Source: an uncultured Acidobacteriota bacterium (lineage in GTDB: Bacteria > Acidobacteriota > Thermoanaerobaculia > Multivoradales > SZUA-115). Taken from it: a stretch of DNA of 64,000 nt. Location of the stretch: assembly GCA_963805975.1 (NCBI GenBank), contig CAWDVR010000005.1, positions 384,001-448,000 of the forward strand, read 5' to 3'. Below the pieces are notes generated by a model that worked only from the letters and a program-made list of their open reading frames with translations, had not been told where the DNA came from and ran no database searches. Below are positions 40,265-47,964 of the stretch, one piece after another (the stretch's first letter is position 1; each line of letters starts with the position of its first letter). The position numbers and the translations under genes are program-made.

Positions 40265-41674
40265 CTAGCGGGAGTAGAGCCGGATCACCTCCTCGATCAC
40301 GCGCCGGCAGACGGCGCAGAAGCCCACTTCGTCGCGGGTGAACATGGTGCAGTCCTCCTGCGGCCGGTAGAGGCCCTGGGCCTCGTAGGAGGCGCCCTCG
40401 AAGGCTCCGACCTTGCCGGAGTGCTGGTCGGTGCCGAGGAGCTGGGTCGAATGCTGCTGCTCCTCCCGGAACAGGGCGTCCATCTCGGCCTCGGGGCGGC
40501 CCTCGGCGCGGATCGCCCGGCGCTTCGCCTGCACCTCGCGCTGGTAGGCCTCGAACTCGGCCTTTTTCCACGGCGTGGGGAGCGGCACGTCGGGGCTCAG
40601 CAGATCCTTCCACTTGCCGGCCTGCGGGTCCGCCGTCACGTTCTTCTCCCAGGGCTCGGGACGGGCGGAATCGCCCCGCGGCTCGTAAGCCACCGGCGAG
40701 GTGTAGTACTCGTCCGCCAAGGCGGCGAAGTGGTGGCCGAACTCGTGGACGAAGACGTAGGGCGCCCAGGCGCTGTCCGCGGCCACCGTGCCGTAGAGCT
40801 GGAAGATGCCGCCGCCGCCGTAGGTGGCGCCGTTGACCAGGATCTCCACGAAGTCGTAGGGCGCGAAAGCGGCGACCTCGCGGAAGGAGCGGTTGTCGAA
40901 GGAGAGCACGTAGCGTTCGGAGCCGAAGGCGTCGTAGGTGGCGCCCACGGGCGAGCGCCGGTAGACGCCGGTCGAGGGGCGGGAAACGCCGCTCTCGGCC
41001 GCCGGGGGCGCCAGGGCCCAGACGTTGAAGTCGGTCTTGTGCTCGCGGAACGGCGGGTAGCTGAACAGCACTTCGGTCAGGCGCCGCGCGTCGCGCTCGA
41101 ACTTGCCCTGCTCGGCGGGGGTGTAGCCGTCGCCCAGGAGCAGCAGGTCCACCTTGTCCGCGGGCTCGCCGTTCCACAGGAGGTTGATCACCAGCCCGGA
41201 TGCCGGCGGCGCCGAGCGGTCGATGAACGGGTCCACCGGGTCCACCGCGAAGCTCGCCACCTCGACGAATGCCTGGCGCGCATCGCGCTTCTTGAGGCTC
41301 ACCCGCACCGGCTTCTCTGGCGCCGGGAAGCGCAGGGACTCGGAGAATGCCCGCGAGAGGCTCTTCGCCTCGGCCGTGGTCTGCCACTCGCCGAAGATCG
41401 AGGCGAAGCCGCGCGAGTAGAGGACGCGGCCCGTCCCCTGGTCGATCACCTCGAACAGGTAGGGGCCCAGGTTGGTGTCGTCGAGCGGCCGGCGCGGGTT
41501 GCCCGGCCAGGGGAGCGGCTCGAGCACCACGCGGTCGAGCGCGTAGCTCTCTGCCGTGGCGTTGCCGGTGTGGACATAGTCGAGCCGCAGGGTGCGCGGC
41601 GGCTCGGCGGCAGCGGCCGGCAGGGCGACGAGCAGAGAGAGGGCGGCAGAGGAGAGGAAGACGCTCGGTTTCAT
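40265..41674 (-). CDS. Peptidase M64 (IgA peptidase-like) family
   Basis: Signal peptide; TLRLDYVHTG N-domain, LGDGYT, YGGGGIF, VHEFGHHFAALADEY, GLYRPQEDCTM...FCAVC. Confidence 0.88.
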   Translation of the reverse strand: MKPSVFLSSAALSLLVALPAAAAEPPRTLRLDYVHTGNATAESYALDRVVLEPLPWPGNPRRPLDDTNLGPYLFEVIDQGTGRVLYSRGFASIFGEWQTTAEAKSLSRAFSESLRFPAPEKPVRVSLKKRDARQAFVEVASFAVDPVDPFIDRSAPPASGLVINLLWNGEPADKVDLLLLGDGYTPAEQGKFERDARRLTEVLFSYPPFREHKTDFNVWALAPPAAESGVSRPSTGVYRRSPVGATYDAFGSERYVLSFDNRSFREVAAFAPYDFVEILVNGATYGGGGIFQLYGTVAADSAWAPYVFVHEFGHHFAALADEYYTSPVAYEPRGDSARPEPWEKNVTADPQAGKWKDLLSPDVPLPTPWKKAEFEAYQREVQAKRRAIRAEGRPEAEMDALFREEQQHSTQLLGTDQHSGKVGAFEGASYEAQGLYRPQEDCTMFTRDEVGFCAVCRRVIEEVIRLYSR

Positions 41675-41729
41675 GCGGCGGAGGCTAGCAGAGCCTGCGG
41701 CTATACTCCCTGGTCTCATGGCCGGCCTC

Positions 41730-42032
41730 ATGACGACCCTACTCGGAAGGCAGCGCCGCTATCTCCGCGCCGAGGCCCATGCCCTGCGGCCGGTGGTGCG
41801 GGTGGGCAGGCACGGCGTGTCCGACGCCGTGCTCCACGAGATCGAAAAGGCGCTCGCCGATCACGAGCTGATCAAGGTGCAGTACGTGGCCGAGAAAGAG
41901 GAGAAGCGCCGGCTCGAGTCCGAGGTGGAGCAGCGGCTCGACGCGGCGAGCGCCGGCGGCATCGGTCACATCCTCATCTTCTACCGCCAGCACCAGGACC
42001 CGAAGAAGCGGCGCTACACGCTCCCCCGCTGA
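41730..42032 (+). CDS. yhbY: YhbY/CRM-domain RNA-binding protein
   Basis: QRRYLRAEAHALRPVVRVGRHG...ALADHELIKV...IGHILIFYR; alternative start at 41718. Confidence 0.88.
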   Translation: MTTLLGRQRRYLRAEAHALRPVVRVGRHGVSDAVLHEIEKALADHELIKVQYVAEKEEKRRLESEVEQRLDAASAGGIGHILIFYRQHQDPKKRRYTLPR

Positions 42033-42060
42033 GCGTGCCGGGTCTTCTCGACCTCCGTTC

Positions 42061-43740
42061 CTACTGCACCGTCACCGTCCAGGCGCGGGTGTCGCCGGAC
42101 TCGAAGCCATCCGCGAACAGCACGCCCACGGTGAAGGTGCCCTGGGCCTCGGGGCCGCCGGCGAAGGCGTTGTCCACGGCCCACACCCGCCAGGTGTACT
42201 CGCCCGGCTCGAGCCCGTCGAGCCCCCAGCTCGTCGCCGTGCTGACGTTGCCCGGCTGCGGCAGCCGCTCGGGGCTGGTGGCGGGCGCCCCGGTGCGGCG
42301 CAGATCGAGGTCGTAGGTCAGCGCCACGGCCGGCGTGTGGTCGTCCGCCGCCGGGTCCCAGGACAGGGTCACGCCCTGGCCCGTGGGGGTCGAGGCGAGG
42401 CCCGTGGGCGCCGCCGGCGCCGCGTTGGTGGCCGGAGCGCCGTTCCTGTAGAGGTGCATCCGCGACTCCACCAGACCGTTGGCGTCCGGCATGAAGTAGG
42501 CGCCGGCCACCAGGTAGTCGAGGTCGCCGTCGCCGTCGAGGTCGAGCCAGGTGAAGGTCCCGCCGCGACCGATCGAGTCGACCGGGGCCGGCAGCTCGAC
42601 CCCGAGCGCCGTGAAGGTGCCGCCGTGGTTGGCGTAGATCTCGGAGTGGCCTTCGATCTCGTTCTCGCCGATGAAGTTGCCGGTCACCAAGAGGTCCACG
42701 TCGCCGTCCGAGTCGTAGTCCGCCCAGGTGGCGGCGTGGATGTCCAGCCAGTCGGCGTTGGGCGTGTTGACCAGGGTCTCCTCGGCATAGGTGCCGCCGT
42801 TGTTGCGGTAGAGCCGCAGCACGGTGTCGTAGGTGTCGTCCGCCTCCTGGATGTTGCCCGCCACCAGCACGTCGAGGTCGCCGTCCCCGTCGGCATCGCC
42901 CCAGTCCGCCAGGCCGTACTGGACGCGGATGCCCAGGAGGTCGGCACCGGCGAAGGTGCCGCCGGCATTGTCGTAGCGCCGCACGAAGCCGGTCTCGGTG
43001 TTCGGGTCCACGTTCACCAGCAGGAGGTCGAGGTCGCCGTCCCCGTCGTCGTCGGCCCAGGCGCTCTGGGCGTGGACCGTGGGGGCGAGAGCCGCGGCGG
43101 TGTCCGCGAACAGCCAGCCGCCCGCGCCGTCCGGGCCGTCGTTGCGCAGCAGCTTGGTCGAGAAGCTGAACTCGTCCTGGTCGTAGATAGAGGGCACCAG
43201 GAGGTCGAGGTCGCCGTCGTTGTCCGCGTCGGCCCAGGCGAGCGAGCGCAGGTCGTAGGCGCCGGTGTAGCTCGAGTCCTCGTAGTAGCCCGGCAGAACG
43301 GTGGGAAGGGCGGTGAGCGTGCCGCCGTCGTTGCGATAGAGCACCGTCGCGCCCTCCGAGCCAACGGCCAGGTCGTGGTCGCCGTCGCCGTCGAAGTCGC
43401 CCCAGGCGAGGTCGGAGGCACCGGCCGCGACATCGCCCAGCGGTACGAGCTGGGGCGTGAAGAGCCAGTCGCCGTTGCCGTCCGCCCCGTCGTTCAAGAG
43501 CAGAACCAGCCGGTGCTCCACGCTCTCGTTGTAGACCACGTAGAAGCCGAGCGCGGCGAGGTCGAGATCGCCGTCGCCGTCCACGTCGGCCGGGGCCACG
43601 GCGTTGATCCAGAAGTCCTCGTTCTCCGGGGTGACGAAGTAAGGGTTCGCCGCGGGCGTGACCTCCTGGAACGAGGGCTGGGCGCCTGCAGCCGCGGCGA
43701 GAAAGAACAGGGAAACGAGCCAAGGCAGGGAGCGGGTCAT
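42061..43740 (-). CDS. Secreted FG-GAP/VCBS repeat protein with FN3 domain and C-terminal FADGFESGD motif
   Basis: Signal peptide; seven D.DGDGDLDL-type repeats; NAAPAAPTGL...LSW...YTWRVWAVD FN3; terminal LFADGFESGDTRAW. Confidence 0.88.
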   Translation of the reverse strand: MTRSLPWLVSLFFLAAAAGAQPSFQEVTPAANPYFVTPENEDFWINAVAPADVDGDGDLDLAALGFYVVYNESVEHRLVLLLNDGADGNGDWLFTPQLVPLGDVAAGASDLAWGDFDGDGDHDLAVGSEGATVLYRNDGGTLTALPTVLPGYYEDSSYTGAYDLRSLAWADADNDGDLDLLVPSIYDQDEFSFSTKLLRNDGPDGAGGWLFADTAAALAPTVHAQSAWADDDGDGDLDLLLVNVDPNTETGFVRRYDNAGGTFAGADLLGIRVQYGLADWGDADGDGDLDVLVAGNIQEADDTYDTVLRLYRNNGGTYAEETLVNTPNADWLDIHAATWADYDSDGDVDLLVTGNFIGENEIEGHSEIYANHGGTFTALGVELPAPVDSIGRGGTFTWLDLDGDGDLDYLVAGAYFMPDANGLVESRMHLYRNGAPATNAAPAAPTGLASTPTGQGVTLSWDPAADDHTPAVALTYDLDLRRTGAPATSPERLPQPGNVSTATSWGLDGLEPGEYTWRVWAVDNAFAGGPEAQGTFTVGVLFADGFESGDTRAWTVTVQ

Positions 43741-43883
43741 CGACAGTTCTCCTCTTCGATCTACGAGGAGAAGGTACTGTCAGGAGGATGAACGGCGAAT
43801 GACCACGGGCGGCGGGCGTTCGGGCAGGAGGCTTGCAAGAGCTTTCGTCTCAGCCGAACGACACCGAACCGAAGGAGGGCCGT

Positions 43884-44612
43884 ATGCGGCTTCGCGCTCC
43901 CGCCTTCGCCTTGCTCTGCGCAGCTTGCCTCGTCTCCGGCTGCGACGGCCGCACGCCGACCGAGGCCGGCCCGTCAGCCGGCAACTCGATCCTCTTCCTC
44001 GACCCTGGCGGCCAGCTCACCGCCCTCGAGCCGGCGTTCCGTGACGCGCTCGGCTCGACGATCGAGGCCGCCTCGCGAGCCCTGCCCATCACCGGCGTCA
44101 CCATCCACGTGTCGCCGGACGCGGCTCGCTCGATCCCGGGCTACGGCCTGGGCGGCTACACCCCGAACGGTTTCACCATCGACATCGTGGCCGACCCGGC
44201 GTTCCCGGCGCTCGCCCTGGTGCTGCCCGAGCGCCTGCCGCCGCTCGCCGCGCACGAGCTGCACCACGCCATCCGCTGGCGAGGGCCCGGCTACGGCGTG
44301 ACTCTCCTCGAGGCCATGGCCTCGGAGGGCTTGGCGGACCACTTCGCGATCGAGCTCCTGGGCGCCCCGATCCCGCCCTGGTCGCAGGCGCTCTCCGAGA
44401 ACAGCATCGAGCGCTATCTCGACCTCGCCCGGCCGGAGCTCGACTCGGCGAGCTTCGACTTCGGGCGGTGGTTCTTCGGCACCGGCGACCTGCCCAACTG
44501 GACGGGCTACAGCCTGGGCTTCCGACTGGTCGAGGACTACCTGGCGAGCCACCCGGGAAGCACGGCGGCCGGGCTGGTGAATACCTCTGCCCAGGCATTC
44601 CGGCCGGACTGA
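43884..44612 (+). CDS. DUF2268-like Zn-dependent protease, lipoprotein
   Basis: RBS AAGGAGG; lipobox LVSG-C; AHELHH...TLLEAMASEGLADHF; WTGYSLGFRLV. Confidence 0.82.
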   Translation: MRLRAPAFALLCAACLVSGCDGRTPTEAGPSAGNSILFLDPGGQLTALEPAFRDALGSTIEAASRALPITGVTIHVSPDAARSIPGYGLGGYTPNGFTIDIVADPAFPALALVLPERLPPLAAHELHHAIRWRGPGYGVTLLEAMASEGLADHFAIELLGAPIPPWSQALSENSIERYLDLARPELDSASFDFGRWFFGTGDLPNWTGYSLGFRLVEDYLASHPGSTAAGLVNTSAQAFRPD

Positions 44613-44654
44613 GCTGCTGGATGGGTCCGCCCGGTCTGCCGCCGGATAGAGTCG

Positions 44655-45734
44655 GTGGCCGTGCCGGTGAAGCGTCTCGCCCTGGGCCTCGCGGCCGCCG
44701 CCTGTCTCGCACTCGCCGCGTCCTGCGGCAGCGTGGGCTACTACGCGCAGGCGGTGCGCGGGGGTCTCGAGATCGTCTGCAAGCGGCGCCCGATCACCCG
44801 GCTGCTGGCCGACCCGCGGCTCGATCCCGGCCTGCGGGAGAAGCTCGGCAGCGTCCAGGCGATGCGCCGGTTCGCGAGCGAGGCGCTCTCGCTGCCGGAC
44901 AACGGCAGCTATCGCTCCTACGCCGACCTCGGCCGGCCCTACACCTCGTGGACGGTGGTGGTGGCGCCGGAGCTCTCGCTCCAGCCCCGCGAGTGGTGCT
45001 TCCCCGTCGCCGGCTGCGTGACCTACCGCGGATACTTCTCGCGCCAGGGAGCCGAGCGCTTCGCCGCCGAGTGGAGGGAGCGGGGCTTCGACGTGGACGT
45101 GGGAGGCGTCGCCGCCTTCTCCACCCTGGGCTGGCTGGACGACCCGGTGCTCAACACCTTCGTCACCCTGCCCGAGGCCGACCTCGCCGGCCTGCTCTTT
45201 CACGAGCTGGCGCACCAGGTGGTCTACGTGCGGGACGACACGGCCTTCAACGAGTCCTTCGCCACGGCGGTGGAACGTGCCGGGGTCGAGCGCTGGCTCG
45301 CGTCCCGCGGCCGTGAGGCGGAGATCGAGGCCTACCGGGCCAGCCGCCGCCGGGAGGAGGAGCTGGGCCGCCTCGTCGCGGGCACGCGGGAGCGGCTGGC
45401 CACGGTGTACTCCGCTGCCGAGGCCGACGACTGGAAGCGCCGGCGGAAGGCGGAGCTCCTCGCCGAGCTCCGGGCGGAGCACCGCCGCCTGGCCGCGGGC
45501 TGGGGCGGTCCGGCGGCGGCGGGTTGGTTCGAAGCCGGGCTCAACAACGCGCGCCTCGCCTCGTTCAGCGCCTACCACGAGCTGGTGCCCGGCTTCGAGG
45601 CGCTGCTCGCCGCCGAGGCCGGCGACCTAGCCCGCTTCTTCGCCCGGATCCGCCGGCTGACCGGGCTGTCGCCCGAGCGCCGGAGACAGGAGCTGGCCGT
45701 CCTCGACCCACGGCCCCGTCCGGGACCCGGGTGA
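44655..45734 (+). CDS. Putative Zn aminopeptidase (Aminopep family), lipoprotein
   Basis: Lipobox-like LAASC; WCFPVAGCVTYRGYF, AFSTLGWLDDP, LFHELAHQ...FNESFA, LNNARL. Confidence 0.85.
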   Translation: MAVPVKRLALGLAAAACLALAASCGSVGYYAQAVRGGLEIVCKRRPITRLLADPRLDPGLREKLGSVQAMRRFASEALSLPDNGSYRSYADLGRPYTSWTVVVAPELSLQPREWCFPVAGCVTYRGYFSRQGAERFAAEWRERGFDVDVGGVAAFSTLGWLDDPVLNTFVTLPEADLAGLLFHELAHQVVYVRDDTAFNESFATAVERAGVERWLASRGREAEIEAYRASRRREEELGRLVAGTRERLATVYSAAEADDWKRRRKAELLAELRAEHRRLAAGWGGPAAAGWFEAGLNNARLASFSAYHELVPGFEALLAAEAGDLARFFARIRRLTGLSPERRRQELAVLDPRPRPGPG

Positions 45735-45807
45735 CTTGGCCGGAGCGCAGGGTTACCCGGAGGGGGCGTCGAGCACCGGACCAGGTCACCCGGATCCCGG
45801 ACGGGGC
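45713..45807. repeat. Long imperfect inverted repeat (~31-bp arms)
   Basis: GCCCCGTCCGGGACCCGGGTGACTTGGCCGG versus the reverse complement of CCGGACCAGGTCACCCGGATCCCGGACGGGGC (2 mismatches, 1 indel). Confidence 0.8.
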
Positions 45808-45936
45808 TCGGGACCTCCCCTTTACTCCACCTCCGCCCTCGGGCTAGATTCGGCCCGCCAATAGAGGCTCTGTCGCCTCCAGCCCCCCGCCTGCCAGGCG
45901 GCCCCAATCCGAACGTTTTCACCCGCAAAGAAAACC

Positions 45937-46659
45937 ATGGGACGTATCTTCGAGACCCGCAAGCACGTGATGTTCGCCCGTTGGGACCGCATGGCGAAGC
46001 AGTTCGCCAGGATCGGCAAGGACATCACCATCGCCGTCAAGGCGGGCGGCCCCGATCCCGTCGGGAACCCGCTCCTGCGGCGCGTGATCCAGAACGCCCG
46101 TGCCGTGAACATGCCGAAGGACAAGGTGGAGTCGGCGATCAAGCGCGCCGCGGGCAAGGAGGCGGAGAACTATCAGGAAGTTCTGTACGAGGGCTTCGCG
46201 CCCCACGGCGTCGCCATTCTGGCGGAGGCCGCGACCGACAACCCGACGCGCACCGTCTCCAACCTGCGGATGCACTTCAACAAGGGCAACGGCACCCTCG
46301 GCAACAACGGCAGCGTGAGCTTCCTGTTCAAGCGCACCGGGGCCTTCCGGCTCAACCCGGCCGGCCTCGACGCCGAGGCGCTCGAGCTCGAGCTGATCGA
46401 CCACGGGCTCGAAGAGCTGGGCGACAGCACCGGTGAGAAGGGCGAGCCGCAGCTCGTGCTGCGTTGCGCCTTCGCCGACTTCGGGCACCTGCAGAAGGCG
46501 CTCGAGGACCGCGGCATCACCCCGGTCTCCGCCCAGTCCGAGTACCTGCCGCTGACGCCGGTCGAGCTGCCCGAGGACAAGGCGACCGAGGTTCTGAAGC
46601 TGGTCGACCGGCTCGAGCAGGACGACGACGTGCAGCAGGTCTTCCACGCTCTCGCGTGA
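45937..46659 (+). CDS. yebC: YebC/PmpR family protein
   Basis: [56 protein letters not shown]. Confidence 0.92.
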   Translation: MGRIFETRKHVMFARWDRMAKQFARIGKDITIAVKAGGPDPVGNPLLRRVIQNARAVNMPKDKVESAIKRAAGKEAENYQEVLYEGFAPHGVAILAEAATDNPTRTVSNLRMHFNKGNGTLGNNGSVSFLFKRTGAFRLNPAGLDAEALELELIDHGLEELGDSTGEKGEPQLVLRCAFADFGHLQKALEDRGITPVSAQSEYLPLTPVELPEDKATEVLKLVDRLEQDDDVQQVFHALA

Positions 46660-46667
46660 CGGCGCTC

Positions 46668-47399
46668 TCAGGGGCAGGCGGTCTCGTACTCGTAGAGGTG
46701 ATCCGCGAAGTGCTTGAACTTGCGCTCGTCCCTGGGCACGCGCTCGAGTAAGGCCGGGCAGTCCGCGAACAGGGTCTCGAAGCTCTCCCGGTAGTTCCCT
46801 TTGCCGATGCGCGACGGCTCGCCGCCGTCCTTGACCACCAAGAACGCCTTCGGCTCGTCGCCGAAGAACGCCTTCTCGTTGATCCGGGTGGTGCCTTCCT
46901 TCGCGTTGGGCAGGCCGTAGACCTGGACCCGGCGGTCGAACCCCGGATTGACCCGCATCAGCAGCACCCGCTTGCCGCCGCCCGGCCAGGGAACCGAGTC
47001 GAACACCAGCTCGCGGACCTCCGAGAGCCGCTCCCAGTCCGTCTTGACGGCTTTCTCGAGCGTGGTCGTGGCCGCCGCGACCATGGCCGGGTGGGCGAAC
47101 ACGGGGGTCGGCACCACGACCTGCTTCAGCTCGGCGATCTTCAGGCGGTGCTTGGCACCACTCGGCTCCACCAGGGTGATGCGGGTGAGGCCGCGCGAGT
47201 TGCTCGCGGTGCCGCGCACCTCGCCGGCGAAGACCTGGCCCTCGGCGGTGGTCACGCGGATGTCCCGGTCCGGCAGGCCGTCGAGGACGGGCAGGAATCC
47301 CACCGCCGAGGCCGGCCCGGCCATCACCACCAGAGCCCCGATCGCGAAGGCAGCCTTTTTCCAGGTCGAGATGGGTTGGGTTCTGTGCTGCGCTTTCAT
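46668..47399 (-). CDS. Hypothetical secreted protein
   Basis: RBS GAGGAG; signal peptide ending PASA; typical codon usage. Confidence 0.75.
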   Translation of the reverse strand: MKAQHRTQPISTWKKAAFAIGALVVMAGPASAVGFLPVLDGLPDRDIRVTTAEGQVFAGEVRGTASNSRGLTRITLVEPSGAKHRLKIAELKQVVVPTPVFAHPAMVAAATTTLEKAVKTDWERLSEVRELVFDSVPWPGGGKRVLLMRVNPGFDRRVQVYGLPNAKEGTTRINEKAFFGDEPKAFLVVKDGGEPSRIGKGNYRESFETLFADCPALLERVPRDERKFKHFADHLYEYETACP

Positions 47400-47567
47400 T
47401 TCCCTCTCCTCGTAGAAGAACGTTCGGCCGGCTGCGTTGCAGCGGCTGTGCCATGGAGGAAAGGTGAAGCGACTGAAGGCTGGGCCGGGCGAATTCGTCT
47501 CCAGAACGGGACAGGGGCGCCGCCCGCCGTGGCGGAGCGAGGACGACCGGCGCCGTTCTCCTGACGG

Positions 47568-47852
47568 CTAGCAGAGGATCTCGGCGTCTCCCTCGCAGGT
47601 GCCGAAGAAGCCCGGGTAGTTGGTCTGCGCAGACTGGCAGCACTGAGACGCGGTCTGGCCCGGACAGGGAACGAAGATCTCGGCGCCTCCCGCCTCACCG
47701 GTGCAGGAGGCTCCGCTCTGCAGCCAGTGGAGGTCCGGAGCGATCGTGGGCGACGCTGCGCCCTGGGTCGCAACGGAGACGGGCTCGGCCGCGCCGGCTC
47801 CAAGCGCGGCGAGGGACAGGACGAGCATGGCGAGCAAGCGGCGGAGCTTCAT
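47568..47852 (-). CDS. Small secreted six-cysteine protein
   Basis: RBS GAGGAG; signal peptide MKLRRLLAMLVLSLAALGAGA; C-terminal C-x12-C-x7-CC-x13-C-x7-C ending in Cys. Confidence 0.78.
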   Translation of the reverse strand: MKLRRLLAMLVLSLAALGAGAAEPVSVATQGAASPTIAPDLHWLQSGASCTGEAGGAEIFVPCPGQTASQCCQSAQTNYPGFFGTCEGDAEILC

Positions 47853-47964
47853 GGTCGACTCCTCTCGAGCCCCGGCCTCGAGAGTCCAGGGATTGGACCG
47901 CGGCGGGCAGGCTCTTTTCTAAGCCCTGTACCGCACCCCCGGTCGAAGAGAGACAGTCGGCCCC

